A stretch of DNA of 64,000 nt from Octopus sinensis. Its lineage: Eukaryota. Both the position numbers and the translations under genes were made by a program. The stretch spans positions 36,456,001 to 36,520,000 of the forward strand of contig NC_043008.1 in assembly GCF_006345805.1 (NCBI RefSeq). The letters are read 5' to 3'. The number at the start of each line of letters is the position of its first letter. The first letter of the stretch is position 1. Below the pieces are notes generated by a model that saw only the letters and a list, made by a program, of their open reading frames with translations, did not search any database and was not told where the DNA came from. This document shows positions 27,439-42,850 of the stretch, one piece after another.

Positions 27439-28434
27439 CATCAGAAAGAACAACACGAATCAACGTGGGAACAGTCATACAGTCGCTTGATCTCCTAGAG
27501 ATAACAGCCAAATCTCTCTCACATCTTAGCCAACCAGACGATAAAATAGAGGACACATCAAACAATATAGATAAAGAAGTATAAAAATGTAAACAAAACT
27601 CGAGGTTTATGGCCCGCATATTTTTCATCAAACAGTGAAGCAGTGAAGGCACATGACCTAGTAGTTAGTGGGTTGCTTTCACGATCATAAGAACACCGTT
27701 TCGACTTCCGGCCTGGGTGGTGCGTTGTGTGCTACAGCGAAACACTCCATTTCATGTTGTTCTCCGATCAATTTTACTAGTGGCACATCGTGAACCTGTA
27801 CAGGTATTGTCGATAGAGGGAACAGGCTAATGTCGGTACAACAGTTTGATCACTATAAACAAATAATCTGTGCAGTTTGTTCAGCAAGAAATTGCAGAAG
27901 CTTCATCTGTCGTCTGGTATAGGAGAGTCGACGACGATCATTGATCATAGATTTGCTTGAGAGTGATGACGTGGGGTCAAACAAGACCAACAACAATAAT
28001 AGATAACATTTATCACACGTATGTCAATACGTTGAAGAGATGTGAATTGGAGAAAATCTAAGTTATAATTATTTCGATTGCGGACCTGCTATTTCTTAAC
28101 TTGAATGAAGTTTTTCCCACCCGGGGAGAAATCTCCGCTTTTTGATGGGAAATTTTTATTTTCAAATAGGGGAATAGTTTTATACAGAAAATATATCTTT
28201 ATCGTTATTCGCAGTTTTTGCTAGATATATTTTCCTCAATTTCGATTTTAACGAACTTAATTCAATATGATATATTTTATGCATTTCAGCCATGCGGCTG
28301 CGTTCATACTGGAGCACAATTGTAATAAAAAATATGGGTTGCTGCATGAATTTCCGTGTCATTCTTGTGCAGAAGCCATGCTAATCTTCTCTGTATCATC
28401 CCATTTTCAGTATATGTACTACCGGTAGTTAATA

Positions 28435-30020
28435 TATTGGTTTCAAATTTTGCCACAAAACTTTTTAAGAGACGGGGTCAGTCGATTATGTCGAACCCAG
28501 AGTTCGACTGGTATTTATTTTATTGACCCCGAGAGAAGGGAAGCCAAAGTCAAAGACATCGGTGTGTTTGAACTCAGATCGTAAAGTCAGAAGAAACGCC
28601 GCTAAGCATTTCGTCCGGATTGGCAACGAGTCTGTCAATTTGCCGCCTTCTATGTATTTAATATAATGCCAATACAATGAGAGCGAACTGGCAGAATTGT
28701 TTGCTGCCGGACAAAAGCATTCAGCAGCATTTCATTCATCCGGTTCTTTAATGGTCCGGTTTCAAATACCAACGAGGTTGACTCAGCTTTTAATCATTTC
28801 GGGTGTCGTTAAAATAAGTGCCTATCAAATACTGGAGTCGATGTAATCAACTGAACCCCTTCTCTCAATTTCAAGCCTTGTGCAGAAACAAGAAGCAACA
28901 TCAATATAAAGTGGTACAGTTTTGTTTTTATTCCCATTTAATCAGAAAGGGAAGAACATTGTCTATGAATCTTTATTTTCAACGCTTTTCAAAAATGGCG
29001 ACGGAAGGAAGCTATCTTTAACCCCGCTAAAAGGAGCTAAGTTACCAGGGTGTTGGTGTTAAACTGGTAGTAGGGGACGTATTAAGCTTGCTATTCATAA
29101 TGTAAAATAGCGTGGGAATCTCACACCAGGCCTGAACAATCCCGCTGATTCACCCTTTGGATGGGTACATTTGTTTATTGACATCGAAAGTAGGGAAAGC
29201 CGAAAGGGGATTCGGCTGATTTTTCCAGCAGGTTGAGCGACCGAGCGTAGACACTCTAGTCGCATTGTGGGGCGAGCTGGCAGAATCGTTAGCACGCCGG
29301 GTAAAATGCTTAGCGGCATTTCGTCCGTTCTTACGCTGAGGTCGATTTTGCCTTCCATCCCTTCGCATTCAATAAAACAAGTACCATTCAGATACTGGAG
29401 TCGAAGGAATCGACTTATCCCCTCTCCGAAATTTTCAGTCTTTGTATCGTCTGTAGAAAGAATTATTGTTATTATTGAACCAGAGGCGAATCGATATAGA
29501 AGTAGGCATGAAGTAAATCATTGCAAACCTAAGCTAACCGGTCATTTAAGAGTTATCTACCGCTAACCGCATTCTCCTGTGTGTCCTTCCGTTTAAAGAC
29601 ACAGGGTGAGATCGAACTTTTTGGAGATATTTATTTCTCCTTTGTCAGCAAGGATTCAGAGAGACGATAATATCCTCAAATTGGAGACAGACATTACCCG
29701 AAAGCTTTGAGTTAAGACACCAAAGTGACAGCTGGTGATGTTCAAATGCGCATTGGATCTGATCTATCAACCAAGAGCGGGATTTATAATCGGAGCGTTA
29801 AGAGTAGGAAGGAATGCTGCTGAGTATCCTGTCCGAGGCTCTTATGAATTCGCCAGTCGACTATCTCAAACGCACACTTTATTTATTAACCCTGGAAAGA
29901 TGAAGGGCAAGTCTGACCTCGGTGGTATTTAAACTCAGAACAACAATAGAGCCAATATAAATACGGCGAGGCATTTCGTCCGATGCTCTGACTGCTTCAC
30001 CATTTCGCCGTAGAGGGTTG
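28435..30020. mobile_element. Cluster of diverged family B SINE copies (28435-28650 -, 28680-28895 +, 29270-29460 +, 29860-30020 -)
   Basis: Recognisable GAGCTGGCAGAAT..GTTCAAA..CCTTTCATCC..GTCG..TAAGTACC motifs with many substitutions. Confidence 0.75.
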
Positions 30021-30021
30021 G

Positions 30022-30331
30022 TCACTGTTGTTGCTGTTGCTGTTGTTGTAAGTTTATCCTTATTGTTGTTGTTAAGCAACAAGACGGGTAAAGGTGATTA
30101 GGTGATGGTCTAGGGCTTAGGGGCGGGAGACCCCAAACGTTGGAAAAAAAAAACTTTGGTCGTCTTGTTGTAGTCAAAGGATCTTCGTTGACGCCCGACA
30201 CCACTGGGAGGTGGTCCTTGAAGTCGTTGGAAATGGGGATCTCCAGGTCCAAATTCTTGAACGGCAGTTTATCATGATGGATGTAGTGGTAATGGCGGTG
30301 TCCACGTAAAGAAAGACGTGTGAGTGTGTAT
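30022..30331 (-). CDS. Candidate coding segment (HYHYIHHDKLPFKNLDLEIPISNDFKDHLPVVSGVNEDPL...QQQQQQQQ*)
   Basis: 25 of 33 codons in the DKLP..DPL stretch end in G/C against an AT-rich background, and the frame stays open to a mixed CAA/CAG poly-Q and TGA. No convincing acceptor. Confidence 0.35.
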
Positions 30332-30774
30332 CTGTGTGATTGTGTACGTGAGCATGTGTGTGGTGTGTGTGTGTGTGTGTGTGTGTGGACAAGATATGTG
30401 CGTGTGTGTGTGTGTGGGGGGGGGACGAGATATGATTGTGTGTGTGTGTATGTGTGATACAGGATATTTGTAAATTTTTGTAAGTTTGTGTGTGTGTATG
30501 TGTACGCGCGCACTATAGTGTATATTGTGACCATGTGAATGACTGCGTATGTGTTCAGGTGTGTATATGTATATCTGTGTTTATGTGTGCTGGTGCGTCT
30601 GGATCTACCTATGTAGGTATGTGTGGTTGTGTGTGTGTGTGTGTGTATGCAGGTTTGCATGCTTGTGCACGTATGTATATCGATGTGTGGTGGTGGCGGC
30701 GGCGGTGGTGGTGGTGGTGGTGGTGATGATAGTAATAGTGTTGATTGGAGCGGAAATGGTGGTTGCGATGGTAA

Positions 30775-30811
<37 letters not shown>

Positions 30812-31665
30812 AACGACGACGACGACGATGATAATGAATGAAGATGACGATGATGAGGAAGAGCACGATGAGGAGGATGGTGAGGATAACGGAGGGGGGG
30901 TTACTGACAGTGACAATAATGATGGTGGTGGTGGTGGTGGGGTGGTGAAGTTGACGTCTGTAATAATGAGGGGGGTCGTAATGGCATGCATGGTGGTAGT
31001 GGTGTAGTGAGATTAATACCGGTGGTACGGGTGGTAGTAATCGGGTGGTTGCGTTTATTGTGGTTGCTATTGTGTAGCGAAGGCAGCAGTTTATTTCGAA
31101 GGTACCTGACGATAACGGGGGTCGGGGTTGTGTGTAGAGAAAGAGGTTCGTATACGAGTATGGGTACGGAAAGGGCTACAGGTGAAATACTTTCGATGTC
31201 GACGGCAGCAAGATTTGAACTTAGAGCGGAGACAACCAGAACAAATATCGCATATCAATTTATCTATCGCTCTAAACGGCTCTGCCAAGCCATTGCCTCA
31301 AGAAGTTAGCGCGTGCGCGCGTGTTGTGTATGTGTATATATGTGTGTGTGTGTGCGTGTGTGTGGAGAATATGTGGGTGGTATGTGCTCTAATAGGTTTA
31401 GTAGAGTGTGTGTTTGTGCGCGCGCGTTTATGCATGTTTGAATGTATATATATATATATATAGACATTTACATGCTATATGCATATATACATATACATAC
31501 ATACATATATATGTATGTATATATATAATTGGTGTGTAATATATATATATATATATAGCATGTGTGTGTGAGTGTATTTATCTCTCTCTCTCCTCTCTCT
31601 GTCTACTCTATCTATCTATCTATCTATCTATCTATATGTCTGTCTCTCTGTCTCGGTCTGTCTGT

Positions 31666-31703
<38 letters not shown>

Positions 31704-31860
31704 ATATATATATATATATAGACTTTACATGCTATATGCATTATACATATCCATACATACAATATATATGTATTATATATATAGATGTGTGTTTTTGTAT
31801 ATATATATATATATATATGCATGTGTGTGTGAGTGTATTTATCTCTCTCTCCTCTCTCTG

Positions 31861-31893
<33 letters not shown>

Positions 31894-32312
31894 ATGTCTG
31901 TCTCTCGTCTCGTCTGTCTGTTTTCTCTCTCTCTCGACTCTCCCTCTATATTATATATTATATATATATTAATATATATATATATATGTATATATATGTA
32001 TATATATGCACACACACACACATGCAAGCCCCACCCTCACCGCACATGCACGCACGTATACATATGTGTGTGTGTGTGTGTGTGTTTGTGTCTGTGTGTG
32101 TGTTTATGCATATATACCTATCTGTATGCGTCTCTGCCTGCCTGTATGTGTGGGGGTTGCAGTAAGAGGAATAGTGAAAATGAAAATGAAAGTGAAAGCA
32201 AGCATTTTCCCAGTAAAGCTGTATGTGACTGTACCTGTGTGTGTGTGCGTGTGCGTGTGGTTGGCTTGTGTTGATAATGCTGTAGGGTCGTATATGTGTT
32301 TATGCTGAAGTG

Positions 32313-32352
<40 letters not shown>

Positions 32353-32604
32353 GGAGTAGTAGTACTGGTTTGTGTTTTACAGAAGATGCAGCGTGTTAGT
32401 GCTCTTGTGGTTGTATGTGTGCATGACGATGTAAATATGTGTGTGTGTGAGGCTGTACGCATGTGCATATGTGCATGTGTGTATATATATATATATAGAC
32501 ATATATGTGGGTGTGTGGATTTATATATATATTATATATACCATGTTTATATACAAATATATATTAATATATATAATATTATATATATATATATAATATA
32601 TATG

Positions 32605-32635
<31 letters not shown>

Positions 32636-32740
32636 TATATATATAGATATATATATAATATATATAAATATATATATATAAACACATCCTTTAAGATGTG
32701 TAATACATATTTGTATGTATGTGTATATAGCGAGAGATAA

Positions 32741-32774
<34 letters not shown>

Positions 32775-33001
32775 GAAGAGAGAGAGAGAGAAAGAGAGAG
32801 AGAGAAAGAGAGAGAGAGTGATGTGTGTGTGTGTGTGTATGTGTGTGTGTGCATGTGCAATGTATTTGGAAGAGGGTGTGATACAAGAGAGAATTTAAGT
32901 GACGGTGGGTAGTGCGATGTAGGCGGGAGGTGGTGGCTACGTAGCAAAAATGCGGGGGTGGCAAAATGAGTTTCGCTTCTTCAGTGCGTTATATGGATAC
33001 C

Positions 33002-33038
<37 letters not shown>

Positions 33039-33157
33039 GTTGTGCCTGCCTGCCTGCATGCCTGACTTTCTGTCTTTCTGAGTCTCTTTCAGACTAGGTA
33101 TATTCCTGCCATTGTGTATCTATTTATCTGTCCGCTTCTCTGTCTGTCTGTTTGACT

Positions 33158-33221
<64 letters not shown>

Positions 33222-33299
33222 TCTGTCTGTCTCTCTCTAGCTATTTATGTGTTTCTCTGTCTATATGTGCGTCTCTCTGCTAATTAATTGTACAGCCTG

Positions 33300-34470
<1,171 letters not shown>

Positions 34471-34572
34471 ATATATATAAATATATATATATATTATATA
34501 TATATATATCTGTCTGCCTGTCTGTCTATTTATCTGTCTGTCTGTCTATTTATCTGTCTGTCTGTCTATTTA

Positions 34573-34651
<79 letters not shown>

Positions 34652-35089
34652 GTCTGTCTGTCTGTCTGTTTCTGTCTGTCTACCTTCTTTTTCTTATCTT
34701 AGTGTTTATCAATAAAAACGTCTTTTCTATCTATCGCATCTTGCTAAATTTCTATCAGCCACATGAAATGTTTCAAATCTCCACCAAATTATTCTTAAAG
34801 GTGTACAGTTGTGCATGCTGATGACGGAAACCGCATTCATTTCCCCTAGAAATTAATAATAAAGAAGTTACATCAGGGGAGAAAACATGATAAAACATCC
34901 TGGAAAAATTTCAACTACATCAAAAAGTGGGAAGAATTTAACAATCTCTCCTCCTACCATCTCACTCTTTCTTTCTCTATCTATCTGTCTGCCTGTTTGT
35001 CTGTCTCCCTCTCTGTCTGCCTGTCTGCCTGCCCGTCTGCCTGCCTGCCCGCCTGCCTGTCCTGCCTGCCTGCCTGCCTGTCTGCCTGC

Positions 35090-35120
<31 letters not shown>

Positions 35121-35390
35121 CCTGCCCGACTGTCACTGTATCTGTCTGTCTGTCACTATATCTGTCTGTCTGTCTGTCTCTGTCTCTGCCTGTCTATATA
35201 TCCGTCTGTCTGTGTGTCTGCCTCCCCCCTCTCTCTCTCTGTATACCTATCTATCACTCTCTCTCTCTCTGTCTCTCTATCTATCTATCTGTCTGTCTGT
35301 CACTGTCTGTCTATCTATCCATCTATCCATCCATCCATCCATCCGTCAGTCCGTCTGTCTGTCTATCTGTCTGTCTGTCTGTCTGTCTAT

Positions 35391-35437
<47 letters not shown>

Positions 35438-35779
35438 CTATCTATCTATCTATCTATCTGTGAATCTCTAATCAACTTCTCCAAGTATCACTTGAAGAGG
35501 AATATGAGAGCCGAGAGGGAAGTTTTGTCTAGTGAATGTTTAAAAAAAAAGGTGGGTGAATGTAGCAAGCGTGGCACGTGTGATGACGGAGCCAGCTTGA
35601 GCATAATCCTATGAACCAAGAAAAAAAAAAAGAAAGGAAAAAAGAGAGTCACTTATTGTAATAAGCTTTTTTGGATGACATTATTGCTCAAGGTTAGCGT
35701 GGTCTTTTCTGTAGGCTTTTCTTTCGACGGATAAACCTAATCTGTTTTCCCTTTTTACATTGACATTTCTGTGATACAC

Positions 35780-35927
35780 GATCCCTATTGATCGGCCTTT
35801 TTTTTTCACGGTCCCTTTTGAACGAAATTCGACCCACTTATTTTTCTCTTCTTCTTCCCAAAAAGAAAAGCTCTACTTTGTTTTTGGTCCCTTCTGAGTT
35901 CAGCCCTGTGTGGCCAATAAAGAAACA

Positions 35928-35935
<8 letters not shown>
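35780..35935 (+). mobile_element. LINE-like 3' terminus abutting (TATC)n
   Basis: ACGATCCCT..CCCAAAAAGAAAAGCTCTAC..CCCTGTGTGGCCAATAAAGAA; second copy at 42945-43090. Confidence 0.6.
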
Positions 35936-35996
<61 letters not shown>

Positions 35997-36109
35997 CTCA
36001 GCTGGTACTTATTTGATCGACTCTAAAAGGAAGAAAGGCAAGTCAACTTCGGCGGAAGAAATGCCTCTGAGTAATTTCTCTGGTGTGCTAACGATTCTGT
36101 CACCTGATA

Positions 36110-36352
36110 CGCTCAACGGGACAGCCTGCTCGTGAAATTAATGTGCAATTAATGTGCAGAGTACTCGGCGTGACACAGAATGTGACAAGGATGGCTCTTT
36201 GAAATACAGTTACAACCCGTATATGCCAGCTGAGTGGACTAAAGCAACGTGGAGTAAAGTATCATGCTCAAGGACATAATGCGTCACCGGGAACCGAACT
36301 CATGATCTTACGGTCGTGAACCGAATACCTTAACCACTAAGCCACGCATCTT
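36110..36352 (-). mobile_element. Diverged family A SINE
   Basis: Matches 25775-26159. Confidence 0.75.
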
Positions 36353-36359
36353 CACATAT

Positions 36360-36916
36360 AAACACGCACACATATATACATACATGCATACACACATACA
36401 CACATACATACATACACTCATGCACGCATACATACACACACACACATAATACACTCATATACACATACATACACACATACATACATACATACACACATAC
36501 ATACATATACACATACACTCATACACATACATACACACATACGCACATACATACACTCATGCACACATGCATACATACACACGCACATACATACACTCAT
36601 ACACAATACATACATGCACACATACATACATACACACACTCATACACACATACATACACACATACATATACATATACACACATACATACACACATGCACA
36701 CATACACACATACATACTTACATACATACATACATACATTCATACATACATACATACATACATACACCCACACATACATACATACATACATGCATACATA
36801 TATACATGCATATATACATACATACACACATACATACATACATACATACATACATACATACATACATACATACATGCATACGTACATACATACATACATA
36901 CATACATACATACATG

Positions 36917-36948
<32 letters not shown>

Positions 36949-36955
36949 CATACAA
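36360..36955. repeat. ~600-bp (CATA/CACA)n compound microsatellite
   Basis: Directly visible. Confidence 0.95.
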
Positions 36956-36959
36956 GATG

Positions 36960-37160
36960 GCTGAAACTCAATTTCGGACAGTGCCATCCCATAACACTTC
37001 GAAGACTATGAATTTTGCAATCCAAGAAAAGAAAATTGCCACGAGATACCTGATAAGCAAAAGAGACAGTGAAGGTCTAGAAGCTCCAAGAGGTAACTGA
37101 AAATATAGATTATGTCATATTTCTGTGGAAGACATCACACATGTGATTAGCAGCCACCCA
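36960..37160 (+). mobile_element. Fragment of the same RLE-type non-LTR family as 8900-9440
   Basis: FAIQEKKIATRYLISKRD..RLCHISVEDITHVISS.PKM. Confidence 0.65.
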
Positions 37161-37349
37161 AAAATGTACTTCTTCCTTCTGTGACACGACGCCATCCCTA
37201 ATCAATATACAACGCCATTTGACAAAAAGCCTGTCCTGGAATAAATATGGAGATTCTCTCTGCTATTGAATACTGGTATGTATGCATGTGTACATACATA
37301 CACACACACACACACATACATACATATGTGTGTGTGTATGTATAAACAA

Positions 37350-37648
37350 GGAGGTGTAATGGCCCAGTGGTTAGGGCAGCGGACTCGCGATCGGAGGATC
37401 GTGGTTTCGATTCCCAGACCGGGCGTTGTGCGTGTTTATTGAGCGAAAACACCTAAAAATCTCCACGAGGCTCCGGCAGGGTGTGGTGGCGACTCCTGTT
37501 GTACTTTTTCGCCACAACCTTCTCTCATTCTCTCTTCCTGTTTCTTGCGTAACGCTGCGATGGACTGGCGCCCCGTCCAGCTGGGGGGAACACATACGTC
37601 ACAGAAACTGGGAAGCCGGGCCCATGAGCCTGGCTAGGCTTGTAAAGG
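37350..37648 (+). mobile_element. Family A SINE (5' part duplicated at 38605-38763)
   Basis: Match to consensus; flanks shared with the 38.6-kb copy. Confidence 0.9.
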
Positions 37649-38065
37649 GTGACGTTTTCTTTTTATCGTGTATAAACATACAAATTTATGCAAAGTAATG
37701 CTTGTATGTATGTATGTATGTACATGTATGCATATATATGGATACGTTCAATATCTGTCAAGTGTAAATATAACAGGCCGGATATTGTTGCTTGGAACAT
37801 CATGGAGGTCAGGTGTGCGGCTGGTGTGAATATCTCTTTGAAAGTCAAAGAGAAAAGGATAATTATGGACAACTGTTTGGAAATCTCCAGCTTCTATATC
37901 CACATTATAAATTTACTTTTGTACTAATCATACATATACACACACTTGTATATGGACATAGACATATATCTCCACACGTGTCCACCAGTATGCATACATA
38001 GTATTTATAAAAATATATTCATACATAAATATAAATTTGCACCGACGCTCCCAATATTTTTTGGA

Positions 38066-38185
<120 letters not shown>

Positions 38186-38289
38186 CAAAATAACGAATGT
38201 AGAAATTGATATCAATCAATAAACATCAATTTAAACCAGTGGTCTAGCATATTCAAAAAAAAAAAAAAGAATCCGAAGATTCAAAAATT

Positions 38290-38503
38290 ATATTACAATT
38301 AATAAGAGGAATGACTACCAAAGTGGATTCCTATACGCTAGAGACAGACGTCAAATTGCCTTACCACAAAGAGTGTGTTCTCAAGAAATGCGTTTGCTGG
38401 GTTTCTTCTTGAGAACTCACTCTTTGTGGTAAGGCGATTTGACGTCTATCTCTAGCGTATAGGAATCAACTTTAGTGGTCATTCCTCTTATGAATTGTAA
38501 TAT
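38290..38503. repeat. Near-perfect palindrome (98-bp arms, 18-nt loop)
   Basis: Arms 38290-38387 and 38406-38503, 7 mismatches by eye. Confidence 0.95.
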
Positions 38504-38535
38504 TATACTCATATAGTATGTATGCATGTGTACAT

Positions 38536-38566
<31 letters not shown>

Positions 38567-39170
38567 TACATATATATATGTGTGTGTGTGTGTGTGTATA
38601 AACAAGGAGGTGCAATGGCCCAGTGGTTAGGGCAGCGGACTCGCGGTCGGAGGATCGTGGTTTCGATTCCCAGACCGGGTGTTGTGCGTGTTTATTGAGC
38701 GAAAACACCTAAAAAGCTCCACGAGGCTCCGGCAGGGTGTGGTGGCGACCCCTGTTGTACTTTTGTCCTGTACTCATATATGCGTGTATATGTACATGTA
38801 GAGGTAGGTACGTACATATATGTTTATATATATGCATATGTTTTATTTTATTTATTAATATATTATATGACGAAACGCACACATCCCTTTTAAGTAAGAT
38901 TGTTCTTTATATCAAGTTTTGTTCTTGATATTAACTTTGATGCGCACTCTTAACCTTTCTGTCCCATCCCTTTCTCAGCCTTCATTCTTTGATTTCCTTT
39001 TCCTCTACTTAACTTGTCTCTTCCTCTCTCTCATTCTTCACTCTCTCTCTCCCCCTCTCAATTCTTCATGGTTTCCTCGCCGCCATTCCCCTTCTTCTCT
39101 CCCTTTCTCTTGCTCCTCCTCCCCCCTCCCGTCGTTGACCCGCGACGAGACTTCCGCTGCTGTCTTTCAG

Positions 39171-39186
39171 GCCTGGCCCTCTCAAG
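39171..39186 (+). other. Candidate 16-nt microexon, with a next acceptor at 39407
   Basis: TGTCTTTCAG|GCCTGGCCCTCTCAAG|GTATGG, preceded by a ~170-nt pyrimidine tract; downstream TTGATTTGCTTTCCGCAG|GAAGG. Confidence 0.35.
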
Positions 39187-39681
39187 GTATGGACGACAAT
39201 TCTTTTTGCTCCGCTCGTCGTTCATAAAAAAAATCCGCGTTCGCAATACTTTTTTTCGTTCGGCGTTAACAGCCCTTCTTATCTTGTTTTTCCTTGTCCT
39301 GTCTTTTACTGTTTATAATTTGTACTGTCGTTACTGTCCTCTTTTTGTTACCATTTTTACCCTTCTGCGAAAAGATCTCAGAATTTTAATTGATTTGCTT
39401 TCCGCAGGAAGGAAAGTTTCTTGTCGAAGATACGTCTCGCTTTTATCCTTCGAAACGTAGAGTAGATGAAACCATAGCGACTGAAGAAGGGTTTTTTTCT
39501 TTGTGTTAATTTGTTGTTTAAAGAAAATGTCCAGTTCCTTTGGTTTGTGTCTATGTTTTCGTTTCTCATTGTGTTCGACGTCCTTTTGGTGTCTTGTACT
39601 CATATATGCGTGTATATGTACATGTAGAGGTAGGTACGTACATATATGTTTATATATATGCATATGTTTTATTTTATTTAT

Positions 39682-39727
<46 letters not shown>

Positions 39728-40009
39728 TGTATGTATGTATGTATGTATATATATGTATACACACACACACATTTTTCTCGCGTACGTGTAGTATCGATCG
39801 CAACAGCTGATATACTTGCGCATACAAATGCAGGTTTCCACGGCTTTATCGATTGCATTCTCACCTGGAATGGATTTTTGTAATTTTTTTCAAGGTTTAT
39901 ACACGCCCAGATACCGTCGGTATCTACACATCAAATTTGAGCGCAATCTGATGGAGGACGCCCAAGATCCTAGAAAACACACACACACACAGACAGAACG
40001 GATTTATAT

Positions 40010-40215
40010 AATAGATATGTTATTGCAAATCTCAATTGGCTTAGAAAAATATGCCATACTGGTAAGTGCTTATGTACCAGCACTTGGTTCTACAGGCGCA
40101 GCTAAAAATAAGTTCGATTCCGACTTACAAATATTGCTGGACCAAATTCTCAATAAAAATAGAATTTTTCTGTTGATGGATTTTAATGCTCGTGTTGGAC
40201 CAGGTTACCTTCCAT
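40010..40215 (+). mobile_element. RTE-type LINE APE endonuclease fragment
   Basis: ILVSAYVPALGS...KNKFDSDLQILLDQI...IFLLMDFNARVG, matching the SAYAP and GDFNARVG APE motifs. Confidence 0.8.
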
Positions 40216-40594
40216 GTTCAAATAACTCAACGAATAATTCATCAAGAGAATAGGAAAACAAACCAACAGAACAACCACCATTATCCACATTGTGATTTCT
40301 CGGCTAGATGACTTGCCGGTTCAGTAAGTCTTACTCGTATCCATACTGCTTTTGGTGACCTGAAGACACGCATGAGGAGTCATCAGGTGAAGTGAATGAA
40401 TTACAAACATTGGTGGATGGTAGTAATAGTAGTGTGAGTGTGTGGTTGATTGTCTGTTTGGTTGGATTTCTGTTACTGTCTTCTCACTGAGCACTCATAC
40501 GTCTTCGATGCGATGCGGTGTCCCAGCATGGCCACAGCCCTAGGGCTGAAACGTATAAAAGAAATAGTACATATATATATATATATATATAAAG

Positions 40595-41150
40595 GGAAAG
40601 TTTACGAAAATAGACAAAAGACGAAGGCAGGTGGAGTACAAACAAACAAATGTATTAGTATGGCGCTCAGGAATAGAAATAGAAAAAGTCTTTTACGTTT
40701 CGAGCCTACGCTCTTCGACAGAAAGATACACAGAAAAAAACAAGGAGAGAAACAAGGAGAGAAAAAAATGCGTGTAGGAGCTAACGATCTATCATGGCAT
40801 ATATATATACACACACATATATATATATATATATTTATTAATATTTAGCAGAAATAACAGAAAGACACACACACATACACACACACATATATATATACGT
40901 ACATATAAATATATATATATATTTCTTTACTACCCACAAGGGGATAAACATAAAGGGGACAAACAAAGACAGACAAAGGGATTAAGTCGATTACATCGAC
41001 CCCAGTGCGAAACTGGTACTTAATTTATCGACCCCGAAAGGATGAAAGACAAAGTCGACCTCGGCGGAATTTGAACTCAGAATGTAACGACAGACGAAAT
41101 ACGGCTACGCATTTCGCCCGGCGTGCTAACGTTTCTGCCAGCTCGCCGCC
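40595..41150. mobile_element. Family D repeat (40595-40800) and family B SINE (-, 40929-41150)
   Basis: Family D minus strand reads CTGTCGA-A-GAGC-GTAG-GCTC-GAAA-CGT; family B matches consensus. Confidence 0.85.
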
Positions 41151-41151
41151 C

Positions 41152-41211
<60 letters not shown>

Positions 41212-42777
41212 TTTATGCTCATATTCCCCTCCCCCATATACAGACACCCTCACACCAATACAGAAATAATTCTTAGGTTTTGGCATCATCTATCTATACC
41301 TTACACTAAATACATTTATTTGCTTCTGGCATTCATTGATTTTAAATTCTAATTTTCTTCTCTTCTCTCTTGTTAATCTTCCCTCATTTACTACAATACA
41401 ATACTCCTCAAACACAGGGCCATTTTTAGGTATCTCGTACTACTATTTTCAAGACTAAGTATCGTGCTAATACGCTGCCAGAGAGCTGCATTTAATCTCT
41501 TAGGATATCCATAATAGTTTTACAAACAAAGACAGCATACATATCAACATGAATTCATTTAAATTTCATCTCTTGCTATCTTCTCTTCATTTTCAAAACC
41601 TAAATTTCGCCTGAAAATCATATCGCAACAAATCCACTTTTAGTTAAAGCGTACATAGTGAAGGCGTGTAACCTAGTGATTAGGGTATTGCGCTCAAGAT
41701 CACGAGATCGTGGTTTCGATTCCCTGATAGGAGGGGTGCATTGTGTTCTTGAGCAAAATACTTCATTTCACGTTGCTTTGCAATCATTTCGACATCTGAC
41801 GTGTGGCACACTTGTGCACCTGTACCTGCAATGTTAATTTGATGGAGGGAATGTTCTAATGTGCAGTACAAATATTTGGTCAATATAAACAAACCATGTG
41901 CAGATAGTGCAGCATGATATTGCAAAGACCTCATCTGTCGTCCACAACAGAAGAATCCATGGTGATGACATATGGATAACAACATTGAAACCAAGATGCT
42001 TTCAGAAATGCATCCTTTTCTTGAAGTCTCAAATATAATTCCTACGTAAGAAGTACTTCTCAATGCACTGATGTCGCAAATAGCCAGCAGGCTTATTAAA
42101 AAATAATTGATACCAACGGGAGCAGTATTAATACCAAAAGACAATCTTTATATCCACCTTAACGTGGATGTTGTGTTAGGACACCGAATACTGCGTTATT
42201 AACCATGAGAGGCTCTCTCATATGGATGCCTGATGCATATAATGCACCTACCGGCTATTTGCGACATCAATTCCTGAAAAGACACTGAAGTTCTATATAT
42301 CATGGACAGTGAGATTCAGCAGTAACGTCTGTCACTGAAGAGCCTGGGTAGGATGAAATATCATGACCTGGTAGTTTCGGTGTCCACAGCCGACTCTCGT
42401 CTACCAACGATATAAATATGAGTGTTTTTATTCGTAGTATTCGGTATTCTAACACAACATCCACGTTAATTTGGATATACATATTGCCTTTTAACCTATT
42501 TTTATAATTATTACAATCTTGCAATTTTCTTTTTCTTTAAAACATTTATATGCTGATGTTACTAATAATTATTAAAAAGCACGTTAATGCGGCGAGCTAA
42601 AGATTCTGCCATTTCGTCACCTTAACGTGCCGGAAAAATTACTGAGAAGCATTTCTTCTGTCTTTGCAATTCTAGTTCGAATTTCACCAAGGTCAACTTT
42701 GACTTTCACTTTTTCGGGATCGATAAAAGAAGTATCAGGCAGTCCCTGGTGTTGATATATTTGACTAGCTACTTATA

Positions 42778-42850
<73 letters not shown>

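Noticed and set aside
29649-29710. Possible terminal exon xRIQRDDNILKLETDITRKL*
   Set aside because: The acceptor is plausible, but it is short, lies among SINE remnants and has no independent support.
30549-31007. Acidic, poly-M, poly-G and poly-H ORFs
   Set aside because: (GAT)n/(GGT)n trinucleotide repeats are open in several frames on both strands.
41680-42270. ORF with NYFLISLLAICD resembling GPCR TM2
   Set aside because: The motif spacing is off by one and there is no DRY. The ORF runs into a SINE, and the motif DNA is part of a 16-bp inverted repeat (42070-85 / 42253-68), which favours a TE origin.
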